A DNA stretch of 43,091 bases from an uncultured bacterium (GTDB taxonomy: Bacteria; Omnitrophota; Omnitrophia; Omnitrophales; Aquincolibacteriaceae). A program made the translations under genes and the position numbers. The first letter of the stretch is position 1, and each line of letters opens with the position of its first letter. The notes under the pieces were generated by a model. That model was not told the origin of the DNA and did no database searches. It saw nothing but the letters and a program-made list of their open reading frames with translations. The stretch is taken from positions 1 through 43,091 of the forward strand of contig CAZIQJ010000002.1 in assembly GCA_964541285.1 (NCBI GenBank). The letters are read 5' to 3'. This document shows, in pieces, positions 31,427 to 39,546 of this stretch.

Positions 31427-32065
31427 TCAGCGGGATCTTGTGGATTCCATCAGGCCCTGGGCCTGAGGAGGGAGAAAACCGGAGTACCCGCGGTGGCGTT
31501 CGGCAAGCTCCAGCACGGTAAAGACCTTGCTCTTGCGCATTTCCGGCTGAGTAAAAATCTGGCGCAGGTCCGTGCCGCGGTCGCCGGAAATTTCACCGGC
31601 AAAAGGCACGCCCTGTTTTTCCAGAAAAAAAATCGCGTTCTCAATGTCATCAACCTGGATCGCGACGTGATGCAGAATCTTGTCGCCAAAAATCCGGACC
31701 CAGTCAGGAATCAGGCTTCCTTTTCCCCTCTCGCCTTCGTAGGCCTGGTCAATGAAAAGAGTCGGGTAACCGGGGCGGCGGTAAACCTTGGCCCACCAGT
31801 TGTCATGTTCAATAATGCCGAGTTTGGCGTCATAAACATAGCCAAGTTTTAAAAATTCCTTGGCGCGCTCTTCAACATCCAGAGTGCGGAAGGTGATGTG
31901 ATCAATCAGAGGGCGAAAGCCGATCCCCAGAACCCGCAGGCCGTCAGACACAACCTTGGCAGCCTTGTTATTGACGATAAATTCGTCAATATAGGTTTTC
32001 AGGATCTTTTCGAGAGGATCATTAGCCCCGGCTTGGGGGGAAATAGCTGATTTTTTACTCGACAT
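31427..32065 (-). CDS. Vicinal-oxygen-chelate (glyoxalase/dioxygenase-fold, possibly DUF1338-like) metalloenzyme
   Basis: There are two beta-alpha-beta-beta-beta-like modules with candidate metal-ligand motifs (LIDHITFRT and ILHHVAIQVDDI). The C-terminal ERHRGYSGFLPPQAQGLMEST recalls the tail of HPPD-type dioxygenases. Specific function is unknown. Confidence 0.55.
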   Translation of the reverse strand: MSSKKSAISPQAGANDPLEKILKTYIDEFIVNNKAAKVVSDGLRVLGIGFRPLIDHITFRTLDVEERAKEFLKLGYVYDAKLGIIEHDNWWAKVYRRPGYPTLFIDQAYEGERGKGSLIPDWVRIFGDKILHHVAIQVDDIENAIFFLEKQGVPFAGEISGDRGTDLRQIFTQPEMRKSKVFTVLELAERHRGYSGFLPPQAQGLMESTRSR

Positions 32066-32096
32066 GGGTCCACAACCCCCTCAACCGCAAGTTCAA

Positions 32097-32411
32097 TTAC
32101 TGGATCAGTTTATTGCCCGGCTTGCGAGGAGGATCGTTTTTGGGACGTTCAGGAACTTTAGGATTCGACTTGAAAGCGGGCGAAAGGTCCGCGTTGATTT
32201 TGGCGTAAGCGGGATCATAATCCTCAGATTCGACAATCGCGCCAATAGGGCATTCCGGCAGGCAGGCGCCGCAGGTAATGCAGACAGCAGGATCAATAAC
32301 CATGAATTCCTGATTCTGGTAATCGCCAGGATAAATGCAGTCAACAGGGCAAACCGCGACACACGACGCATAACGCTCGCCCAAACACTTTTCAATAATC
32401 ACATACGCCAT
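32097..32411 (-). CDS. Ferredoxin (FdxA-like, one CxxCxxCxxxCP motif plus a 3Fe-type motif) with a Pro/Lys-rich C-terminal tail
   Basis: This lies inside track ORF 32097..32441. The ATG at 32411 has AAGGAG 7 nt upstream. MAYVIIEKCLGERYASCVAVCPVDCIY...CITCGACLPECPIGAI parallels 7Fe ferredoxins (C-x7-C-x3-CP and C-x2-C-x2-C-x3-CP). Confidence 0.8.
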   Translation of the reverse strand: MAYVIIEKCLGERYASCVAVCPVDCIYPGDYQNQEFMVIDPAVCITCGACLPECPIGAIVESEDYDPAYAKINADLSPAFKSNPKVPERPKNDPPRKPGNKLIQ

Positions 32412-32443
32412 AAAAGACTCCTTATTTTCAAAAAGTTTCACCC

Positions 32444-32472
32444 ATTTTATTCGAAAGGGTGTGCCCCGTCAA
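32444..32472 (-). promoter_or_regulatory. Near-consensus sigma70-type promoter for the ferredoxin gene
   Basis: The minus strand reads TTGACG-17 nt-TAAAAT. It is followed by a leader of about 30 nt containing AAGGAG. Confidence 0.5.
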
Positions 32473-32521
32473 TATCGTCTAAATCCCTCTAAAAATTTAC
32501 CTTTAAAAGCAGAGGCCAGGT

Positions 32522-33376
32522 TCAATGGGAACGGGCCATCTGCTCAAGACGGGCGATTCTTTCCTCAACAGGAGGATGAGTGCTGAAAAGGTTGGCGAAG
32601 CTCGCGCCGCTGAGCGGATTGACAATGAAAAGATGAGCGCTTGAAGGGTCTGCGCCGCGCATGGTGTCGCGGCGTGATCCTGTCTCAAGCCTGCGCAAAG
32701 CGCTGGCAAGATAAAGCGGGTTTCCGCAAAGCTTCCCCCCCTGGGCGTCCGCGTCATACTCACGGGAACGCGAAATCGCCAGCTGGATCAGCGCGGCAGC
32801 GATGGGCGTCAGAATCGCCATAATAAGGAGCGCAAAGGGATTCTGCTCGCGCTCATTGTCACGGCGGCTTCCGCCGAACATCAAAGACCAGCGCGCCAGA
32901 TTGGCCAGCATGCTGATGGCCCCGGCCAGCGTGGCCGCGACGGAAGAAATCAGGATATCGCGGTGAAGAACATGCGAAAGTTCATGCGCCAGCACGCCCT
33001 TGAGTTCTTCCCTGTTCAGGAGTTCAAAAATCCCCTGCGTCAGCGCCACGGCCGCGTGTGAAGGGCTGCGGCCGGTCGCGAAAGCATTGGGGCTTGAAGA
33101 CGGGATCATGTAAATCTTCGGCACGGGGATGCGGGCCTCGGCGGCCAGCTCGCGCACAATTTCATAAATCTCGGGGGCTTCCGATTCGCTGATAGGCCTC
33201 GCCCGATAAGCCGCCAGCACCATTTTATCGCTGAACCAGTAAGCAAAAAAATTCATGAAGCATGCAAAAATAAAGGCTGTGACCATGCCTTCCCTTCCGG
33301 CAATGGCCTGGCCGAAAAGGATAAAAAGGAGCGTCAAGGAAGTCAGAAGAAACGCAGTCTTGAAAAGATTACCCAT
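32522..33376 (-). CDS. htpX: Zinc metalloprotease HtpX (M48 family)
   Basis: Motifs seen: N-terminal TM helices, [10 protein letters not shown] (HExxH), a later REYDAD motif, and C-terminal [19 protein letters not shown] precedes the ATG at 33376. Confidence 0.9.
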   Translation of the reverse strand: MGNLFKTAFLLTSLTLLFILFGQAIAGREGMVTAFIFACFMNFFAYWFSDKMVLAAYRARPISESEAPEIYEIVRELAAEARIPVPKIYMIPSSSPNAFATGRSPSHAAVALTQGIFELLNREELKGVLAHELSHVLHRDILISSVAATLAGAISMLANLARWSLMFGGSRRDNEREQNPFALLIMAILTPIAAALIQLAISRSREYDADAQGGKLCGNPLYLASALRRLETGSRRDTMRGADPSSAHLFIVNPLSGASFANLFSTHPPVEERIARLEQMARSH

Positions 33377-33474
33377 AAAAACCTCCCCTTGAATCTATGC
33401 TCCCATTATAGAACAGCACGCAAGCCTCCGGAGGCCTGAAGCTGTAACCTGAAGCAGACAGGGAGGATACGGCG

Positions 33475-34116
33475 CTAGATGTGAATGCCGAACTTGCGAA
33501 GCTCGCGCAGCATCTGCGCCGGAGTCTTGAACTGGATGGCGTGCATGCCGACCGCGCGCGCGCCGTCCACGAACTTTTCAACGTCATCCACGAAGACAGT
33601 CTGCTGGGGTTTCAGACGGATTTTGCGCAGGACCTTCTGGTAAATTTCCGGTTCGGGCTTGCGGTGCCCGACTTCATGAGAAGGAAAAGTCTTTTTGAAA
33701 TGGCGGAGAATCCTGAATTCCGACTTGATGTGATCAAAGTGAAGTTTGTTGGTATTTGAAATCAGGTAAAGCGGGTATTTTTTCTTCAGCTTGCCGAGGA
33801 TCTCATCCATCCCCTCGTTTTCCCAGAAAATATCATTCCAGTAATGCGAGAACGTCTTGTAATCCACGGGCGTATTGAGCGATTCACACGCGTGTTTGTA
33901 AAAAGCCCGCGAGGTGATCTTGCCCCGGGTATAGGCCTTTTCAGTAGGAGATGTAAAAAAATGGTCCCAGACTTTTTCAAACGGAACGTTGCAGGCTTTC
34001 GAAAAACGCTTTGCGGACTTTTTGGCGTTGAAATTCAGAAGGACGTTTCCAAGGTCAAAAATAACGGCTTCAATCTTCGTATTTTCTGTTCCTGCTTTTT
34101 TCTTCGCTGTCTTCAT
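33475..34116 (-). CDS. HAD-superfamily hydrolase (subfamily IA-like)
   Basis: Motifs seen: motif I AVIFDLGNVLL, motif II LISNT, motif III/IV RKPEP ... VFVDDVEKFVDGARAVG. The start overlaps the upstream stop (ATGA). Confidence 0.8.
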   Translation of the reverse strand: MKTAKKKAGTENTKIEAVIFDLGNVLLNFNAKKSAKRFSKACNVPFEKVWDHFFTSPTEKAYTRGKITSRAFYKHACESLNTPVDYKTFSHYWNDIFWENEGMDEILGKLKKKYPLYLISNTNKLHFDHIKSEFRILRHFKKTFPSHEVGHRKPEPEIYQKVLRKIRLKPQQTVFVDDVEKFVDGARAVGMHAIQFKTPAQMLRELRKFGIHI

Positions 34117-35102
34117 ACAATTCTCTGCCTTTCCAGTTCCTCATCGCTCGCGGGTACCGCGGGAATTTCGACCCGGCTCGTACCGCCTGTTGTTTCCAAA
34201 AGAATTTCACAAGGTTCGGGCAAGGGCTTCTGCGCGTAACGAAGCATCAGCGCCCCGGCTTTCTTCACGTTTTCCTCACTGCTCTCCCCGATCAAAAGAG
34301 CGTGAGGCCCGCCGAAATTTTCACAGCTCAGAAGCGCGGTGCCTTCGGGATGCAGCGCTTCGAGGTACGCGTTCTGGTCTTCATTGCGCGCCACCACCGT
34401 CTTGGTTTTTTTATCCAGCCGGAAATGCCTTCCCATGCGAAGGATTTCAAACTCCCAGCGCCCGTAATCCGGATGATGGCGGAACACATCGCGCACTTTC
34501 TTGGCAAACAGCGGCGACGTCAGCGCGCATCCGGCTGAAGGCGAAGGCGGATCTGTGATTCCGTAATGGACCGCCATCTCCAGAAGTCTTTTTCGGGAGC
34601 GTCCGCAAATACCTTCCAGCCGCGAACGGTCGACCCAGCCTTTTTTCTCCGCCTCGGTCTCAGGCAGACGCTTGGCTGAAAGCGGCCTCAGGATCCGGCC
34701 CTGCAAACCGCAGGATTCTTCAACCCTGCGGAAGTCTTTCAATTTCTGCGACATGGGCCGCTGGTCCATGACTTCGCCCGAAACAAGAAAAGACGCGCCC
34801 GTCTTTTCCATAAAAGTTTTCGCGATGTCGAACATATAACCGCGGCAATCCACGCAGGGGTTCACGCCGCGGCCGTAACCGTACTTGGGCTTCCGGACAA
34901 CTTCCAGGTAATCATCGCCCACGCTCAGCGTGGTAAAAGGAACGCCCAGCAGATGCGCGGCCTGCCGCGCGTCGTCCTTGCAGCAGCCGAACATGGTCTG
35001 AAAATGCACGGCCTCGACTTCCACGCCCTGCTCCTTGAGCATGGCAATGGCCAGCATGGAATCAAGACCGCCGGAAAGTAACGCAATGGCTTTGGGTTTC
35101 AT
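34113..35102 (-). CDS. PP-loop ATP pyrophosphatase, ThiI/MnmA-related tRNA sulfurtransferase-like protein without a THUMP domain
   Basis: Motifs seen: PP-loop ALLSGGLDS, NPCVDCRGYMF (Cys pair as in ThiI PCxxC), and LVSGEVMDQRPMSQ (compare ThiI TGESLGQVASQT). An extra C-terminal domain of about 130 aa is of unknown type. Confidence 0.65.
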   Translation of the reverse strand: MKPKAIALLSGGLDSMLAIAMLKEQGVEVEAVHFQTMFGCCKDDARQAAHLLGVPFTTLSVGDDYLEVVRKPKYGYGRGVNPCVDCRGYMFDIAKTFMEKTGASFLVSGEVMDQRPMSQKLKDFRRVEESCGLQGRILRPLSAKRLPETEAEKKGWVDRSRLEGICGRSRKRLLEMAVHYGITDPPSPSAGCALTSPLFAKKVRDVFRHHPDYGRWEFEILRMGRHFRLDKKTKTVVARNEDQNAYLEALHPEGTALLSCENFGGPHALLIGESSEENVKKAGALMLRYAQKPLPEPCEILLETTGGTSRVEIPAVPASDEELERQRIV

Positions 35103-35119
35103 AGATCCGCCCGGAAGGA

Positions 35120-35914
35120 CTAAAGCTTAAGGGCCAGGCATTTTGCCGCGCCGCCCGCTTTCATGAACTCCGAGAAATCCAGAGCATACACATGAAAGCC
35201 GCGCTTTTCAAGCTGACGCGCGGTTTCGGGGCAGCCCTCAGGCAAAACCACGTTCCTGTCCAGGACCAGCGCGTTGCAGCAAAAACGCAGGGCTTCCTTT
35301 TCCGGCACCATGATGGGGTCCGGAATATTCTCCATTAAAACCATCTGGGTATAGGTTTCAAAAGCGTAAGGGAAAAGCAGCGCGCTTTTGTCATCCAGCG
35401 GCGCGAAGCATGTGTCCAGGTGGTAAAAGCGTTTGTCCGCCAGCTCAAGCGCGAAATAAGGGCATTTCAGGTACCCTGAAACCGCATCGTGGGCTTCAAC
35501 GTCGGAACGGAAATGAAAACCCGTGTAAAGCTCGCCGTTCATCACAAGCGCGTCGCCTTCGCCTTCAAAACACAGGGGCCGGTCCACGGTCTTGATAATG
35601 TAGCCTTTTTTCCGGAACCAGGTTTCGAAATAAGGTTCTTCGCCCTTGCGTTCCTTGTGGCGGAAATTGCTGCGGATGAAAATTCTTTTGGAAACCAGGC
35701 CGGCATTGGCCGTGAACACCATGTCCGGCAGGCCCTGCACCGCGGGGATGACTTCCACGCGCGCTTTCAGGACCGAAGTCAACAGGTGGTGATAGGCCTT
35801 CCACTGCTCCATGGCTCTGGCCTTGTCCGTCTGGCGGCGCACGCTCATCCATGGATTGATTTCATACGCGATTTCAAAATAATCCGGCGGGCACATCAAA
35901 AAGGAAGGCGTCAT
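35120..35914 (-). CDS. Amidinotransferase-fold enzyme (DDAH / arginine-deiminase-related family)
   Basis: Motifs seen: LMCPPDYFEIAYEINPWM N-terminus, FYHLDTCF, and C-terminal GGAAKC (catalytic Cys context), typical of the guanidino-group-modifying superfamily. Confidence 0.7.
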   Translation of the reverse strand: MTPSFLMCPPDYFEIAYEINPWMSVRRQTDKARAMEQWKAYHHLLTSVLKARVEVIPAVQGLPDMVFTANAGLVSKRIFIRSNFRHKERKGEEPYFETWFRKKGYIIKTVDRPLCFEGEGDALVMNGELYTGFHFRSDVEAHDAVSGYLKCPYFALELADKRFYHLDTCFAPLDDKSALLFPYAFETYTQMVLMENIPDPIMVPEKEALRFCCNALVLDRNVVLPEGCPETARQLEKRGFHVYALDFSEFMKAGGAAKCLALKL

Positions 35915-36870
35915 AAGCCGTTTTTTTCTTTCGTTCGGATAGCGCGTGCCAGGGCTGCGTTCATGGGCGTGTCCACGCCGTAGCGCTTGCCAAGCCTCGC
36001 GATCTCTCCGTTCAAAGCTTCAATCTCGGTAGGCTTTCCCGCTTCCAGGTCCTGCAGCATGGACGGGCGGTGATGATACGTGCGCGGCACCAGCCTTGAA
36101 TAAAAAAGTTTCCGGTAGGCTTCCGGCGAAGACGGCTTGAGAGAAACGCCGGCTTTACGTGCCACGGCGTAAATCTCATCGATGACCTGGTCCATCATGT
36201 CGCGCGTCCCCTGTTTTTCCGTTAAAAATCCGTAATGACAATTGCGCAGTGAACAAAGCGGGTTCAAAGCGCAGTTATAAATAACTTTGGCCCAAAGCAC
36301 GGCGCGCACGTCCGGCACTGCCTCAGCCGCAAGGCCCGCGCGCGAAAAAATTTTTACAATATCCCGGACTCTTGGCGTCAGTTTTTTTCCAAAAGCCTCT
36401 CCAATGGCGACAGGCTCGGCCATGACCGTAATTTTGACATGCCCGGGCGCAGGCAGGGCCGCGCCAAAAATGACGCGGCCTGAAAGCAGCTTCCGGGCCG
36501 GAATATGCTTACGCAGAATTTCGGCGTTTCCGATGCCGTTCTGGAGGTTTAAAACAAGTGTGCCCGGCCCCATAAGGCGGCGCAGCTGCCTCGCGGTATC
36601 AAGGGTGTCATAGGACTTTACCGTGACCAGAATCAGGTCAAAAGGGGCCGTCTGCCTGGAAATTTCCGAAGGCCGGAGCGCGTATCTGAAATTTTTAAAA
36701 TGAAAATTTCCCCAGATGCCGGAGATCTTCAATCCCTTGCGGGAAATGGCCCGGAGATGCTTCCTGCGGCCGAGCAGCGTGACTTCATGATGGCGTGACA
36801 AAAAACCGCCGGCAGTCAGGCCTACAGCGCCGGCTCCGAAGACAAGGATTTTCAGAGGTTTTTTACTCAT
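35911..36870 (-). CDS. panE: 2-dehydropantoate 2-reductase (PanE/ApbA family)
   Basis: This lies inside track ORF 35911..37026. The ATG at 36870 gives MSKKPLKILVFGAGAVGLTAGGFL (Rossmann GxGxxG). Later motifs are ILVTVKSYD, LQNGIGN and a C-terminal PSMLQDLEAGKPTEIEALNG. The start overlaps the era stop by 8 nt. Confidence 0.8.
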   Translation of the reverse strand: MSKKPLKILVFGAGAVGLTAGGFLSRHHEVTLLGRRKHLRAISRKGLKISGIWGNFHFKNFRYALRPSEISRQTAPFDLILVTVKSYDTLDTARQLRRLMGPGTLVLNLQNGIGNAEILRKHIPARKLLSGRVIFGAALPAPGHVKITVMAEPVAIGEAFGKKLTPRVRDIVKIFSRAGLAAEAVPDVRAVLWAKVIYNCALNPLCSLRNCHYGFLTEKQGTRDMMDQVIDEIYAVARKAGVSLKPSSPEAYRKLFYSRLVPRTYHHRPSMLQDLEAGKPTEIEALNGEIARLGKRYGVDTPMNAALARAIRTKEKNGL

Positions 36871-37822
36871 ACCCCAGCTGGCGCAGGGCGTGCTGGTCTT
36901 TTTTCCACTGGTCCATGACCTTGACCCAAAGCTGGAGAAAGACCTTGCGGCCAAGAAAAGTCTCGAGCTCCAGCCGCGCGGCCTGGCCGATTTCCTTGAG
37001 CATTTCACCGCCCCTCCCGATGACAATGGCTTTCTGGGAATCCCTCTCGACCACGATGGTGGCCTGAATATCGATCAGTTTTTCATTGCGCTCTTTGAAG
37101 CTTTCAATGACCACGGCCGTGGAGTAAGGAATTTCTTCCTTGGTGAAATGAAAGAGTTTCTCACGCAGCATTTCTCCGGCAATGAATCTTTCGCTCTGGT
37201 CCGAGATCTGGTCCTCGGGAAAAAACGGAGGGTTCTCGGGAAGATTCTGATAGGTTTTCTCAAGAAGGGTCTCAACCTGGTCCCCCAGCTTCGCGGAAAT
37301 CGGAATCAGTTCCTTGAACGCATGGGTGTTGTAATAATAATCCAGCACAGGAAGAATTTCGGGCTTGGGGAAGCGGTCCACCTGATTGACCACCAGAATG
37401 GCGGGGATTCCGGAACTCTTGATCATCTTCAGGATTTTTTCTTCATACTGCTGAGGCGGCATGGGGAGCACCATCCAGTAAATCAGGTCCACGCCGTCCA
37501 GAGATTTGTAGACTTCCTTGGCCATCCAGCTGCCAAGCAGATCATGCGGTTCATGCATACCGGGAGTGTCCACAAAAACAATCTGGCCTTCGGGGCGGCT
37601 CAGGATGCCGCGCACCGAATTACGCGTGGTCTGCGGCTTGGAGGAAACACCGGCAAGCTTTTCACCCACCATCCGGTTCAAAAGCGTGGATTTGCCCACA
37701 TTCGGCCTTCCGATAATGGCCACAAAACCCGATCTCTGTTTCGGACCTTTCGGAGCTTTTGCAGCTTTCGCGGTTTTCGGGGCTTTGGGGGCCGCGGATT
37801 TTTCTTTCTTGGGACGTGGCAT
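36863..37822 (-). CDS. era: GTPase Era with an N-terminal Lys/Ala/Pro-rich extension of about 30 aa
   Basis: Motifs seen: G1 GRPNVGKST, G2 TTRN, G3 DTPG, G4 NQVD and a C-terminal KH domain (VVERDSQKAIVIGRGGEMLKEIG). The N-terminus is MPRPKKEKSAAPKAPKTAKAAKAPKGPKQRSG. Confidence 0.9.
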   Translation of the reverse strand: MPRPKKEKSAAPKAPKTAKAAKAPKGPKQRSGFVAIIGRPNVGKSTLLNRMVGEKLAGVSSKPQTTRNSVRGILSRPEGQIVFVDTPGMHEPHDLLGSWMAKEVYKSLDGVDLIYWMVLPMPPQQYEEKILKMIKSSGIPAILVVNQVDRFPKPEILPVLDYYYNTHAFKELIPISAKLGDQVETLLEKTYQNLPENPPFFPEDQISDQSERFIAGEMLREKLFHFTKEEIPYSTAVVIESFKERNEKLIDIQATIVVERDSQKAIVIGRGGEMLKEIGQAARLELETFLGRKVFLQLWVKVMDQWKKDQHALRQLGYE

Positions 37823-38202
37823 TAAATTCTCCTTACCGATTTATCATAAAGGGACTCGGCCAGGTCCAGATCGGGAAAAACGCCGTTAGCCTTGCGGGCC
37901 TTGATGCTGAGCTTTGAAGTGGTTGCAGTGATGCGTTTGACAAAACCTTCGACTTCCCTTCCATTGACGGAGGCCTGAATGACCCCTCGCGACCTGTCTT
38001 CCAGGGTCACGGCACCTTCCTTGGTAATCGTGGACTTGAGCGCCAGCCATGTTTTATCAAATCCCGCGTTTTGAATCCCTTCAATAGTATCTTCGGAAAC
38101 CGAATAGCCGCCGGCGCCCGCGGCACTGACCGCGAACAAGGCGCATCCGCTTAAAATCACGGGCGTCAGAATCATCAAAAAAAGAAATGCGTATTTTTTC
38201 AT
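37822..38202 (-). CDS. Small lipoprotein (possibly DUF3568-like)
   Basis: There is a signal peptide with a lipobox (VILSGC), then a mixed alpha/beta domain of about 100 aa. The stop overlaps the era start (TAATG). The family name is from memory and uncertain. Confidence 0.6.
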   Translation of the reverse strand: MKKYAFLFLMILTPVILSGCALFAVSAAGAGGYSVSEDTIEGIQNAGFDKTWLALKSTITKEGAVTLEDRSRGVIQASVNGREVEGFVKRITATTSKLSIKARKANGVFPDLDLAESLYDKSVRRI

Positions 38203-38265
38203 TTATTGCCTCCAGAGGCCCTTGATGGCCGGACAAATATTTTAACGCCTGATCCTGAATTTCCG

Positions 38266-39546
38266 TCAAACTTTTTCCGCAGGGCCGGCGGATTCAGACG
38301 CGGAGGCTGGCGCAGCTTCCTCTTCTTTTTTTTCTTTGCCCTTCATAAGAGTGGACACCTTGCTCAGCGTTTCGCCCATGACCTTGACCGGCACTTCCGC
38401 CACGGCGCCCACGGGTTCCGCCACTTTCTTGACCGGAAGGGCAAAAAAATCAGCGCCTGCCTGCGCATAGCGGTTCATGGAATCCTGAAAGGCCTTGCGG
38501 AATTCCGGGCTGCAGTCCGGGCCGGAAATATTTCCCTCGATAGGCACTTTAAGAGTAAAGCTTTCCTGACTCTCCACAAACCGGACATAACTCCTCAACG
38601 GCAGGCCCCAGATCAGCGATGACGCGGTTTTTTTGGATTTCAGCCGGAGCTTTTTGATCACAAGATCATTTTCCCATTTCAGCTTTCTGAGGTCGCAGAC
38701 CGCATGGGCCTTTAAATCAAATCTTCCGGAAGTGACTTTGAGCGGAAGACCGCGCCACAAAAAACGGTAATCGGTCACGGCCCCGTCCGTGATTTCCCCT
38801 TCAAGGTCAAAGCTGAGATGGTAAGTTGAAAAATTGGATTTTCCGCGTACCCAGACGGGCGCGGGTTCCCCAACGCCCGAGGTCCCCTTGACGCGGACAT
38901 TTTCAGAAAGAATTTTCGGGTCTTTCGTGGGCCAGTCAAACCCTTCGATCACACCGTAAAGATTCTGAAAAAAATACTGCTTTCTTATGACCGGACCTGC
39001 AAGATTTTCATAAGAAAATGTGCCGTTCTCAATCACTCCGCGGGGAATCGTAATCCGCCACCCTTGCGGCTTTTCATCCTCGTCCTGCTTTGGCTTCCCT
39101 TCGTTTCTTTCCCGGGCATGACGGATCCATGTCTTGATATTCAGAATGGAAGGTTCAAGCGCCGAGTTTCTTTCAATCAAAAAGTAGGGCTGCCGGAGGA
39201 TCAGGCCTCCAAGCACCAGGCGCTTTTCACGCAAAGCTTTAAGGTCCACGATCGTTTCAAACCCGGTGCGTATATGCGGACGTTTGGTGAAATCCTTCGG
39301 GTTCTGGATAAAAACCTGCCGGGCTGAAACTTTTCCTGTAAAAGGGTCCACGGCAAGGCCGCTGATTTTGACTTTCAGGCCCATGACGCTTTTGAGGCGC
39401 AGCTCCAGAAAAGGTTCCAGGCATGCGCCGATGATCTCGGCCCTTAAAATAAAAAAAATCAGCGCCAGGCATATGCTCAGCAGGACGCCCACCGAAATCT
39501 TACGGACGACCTTTGAGCCAGGCTCCAAGTTTTTTAAGAAAGGCAT
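38266..39546 (-). CDS. N-terminally anchored envelope protein of unknown function (AsmA/DUF748-like by architecture), 426 aa
   Basis: The track ORF starts at a TTG (39582). The internal ATG at 39546 has GAGGAG 4 nt upstream. One TM helix (ISVGVLLSICLALIFFIL) is followed by a long beta-rich region and a Lys/Glu/Ala-rich tail. I saw no confident motif. Confidence 0.5.
   Translation of the reverse strand: MPFLKNLEPGSKVVRKISVGVLLSICLALIFFILRAEIIGACLEPFLELRLKSVMGLKVKISGLAVDPFTGKVSARQVFIQNPKDFTKRPHIRTGFETIVDLKALREKRLVLGGLILRQPYFLIERNSALEPSILNIKTWIRHARERNEGKPKQDEDEKPQGWRITIPRGVIENGTFSYENLAGPVIRKQYFFQNLYGVIEGFDWPTKDPKILSENVRVKGTSGVGEPAPVWVRGKSNFSTYHLSFDLEGEITDGAVTDYRFLWRGLPLKVTSGRFDLKAHAVCDLRKLKWENDLVIKKLRLKSKKTASSLIWGLPLRSYVRFVESQESFTLKVPIEGNISGPDCSPEFRKAFQDSMNRYAQAGADFFALPVKKVAEPVGAVAEVPVKVMGETLSKVSTLMKGKEKKEEEAAPASASESAGPAEKV

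Noticed and set aside
36890-37825. A 311-aa plus-strand ORF.
   Set aside because: It is antisense to era, which has all G motifs and a KH domain. I saw no recognisable domain.
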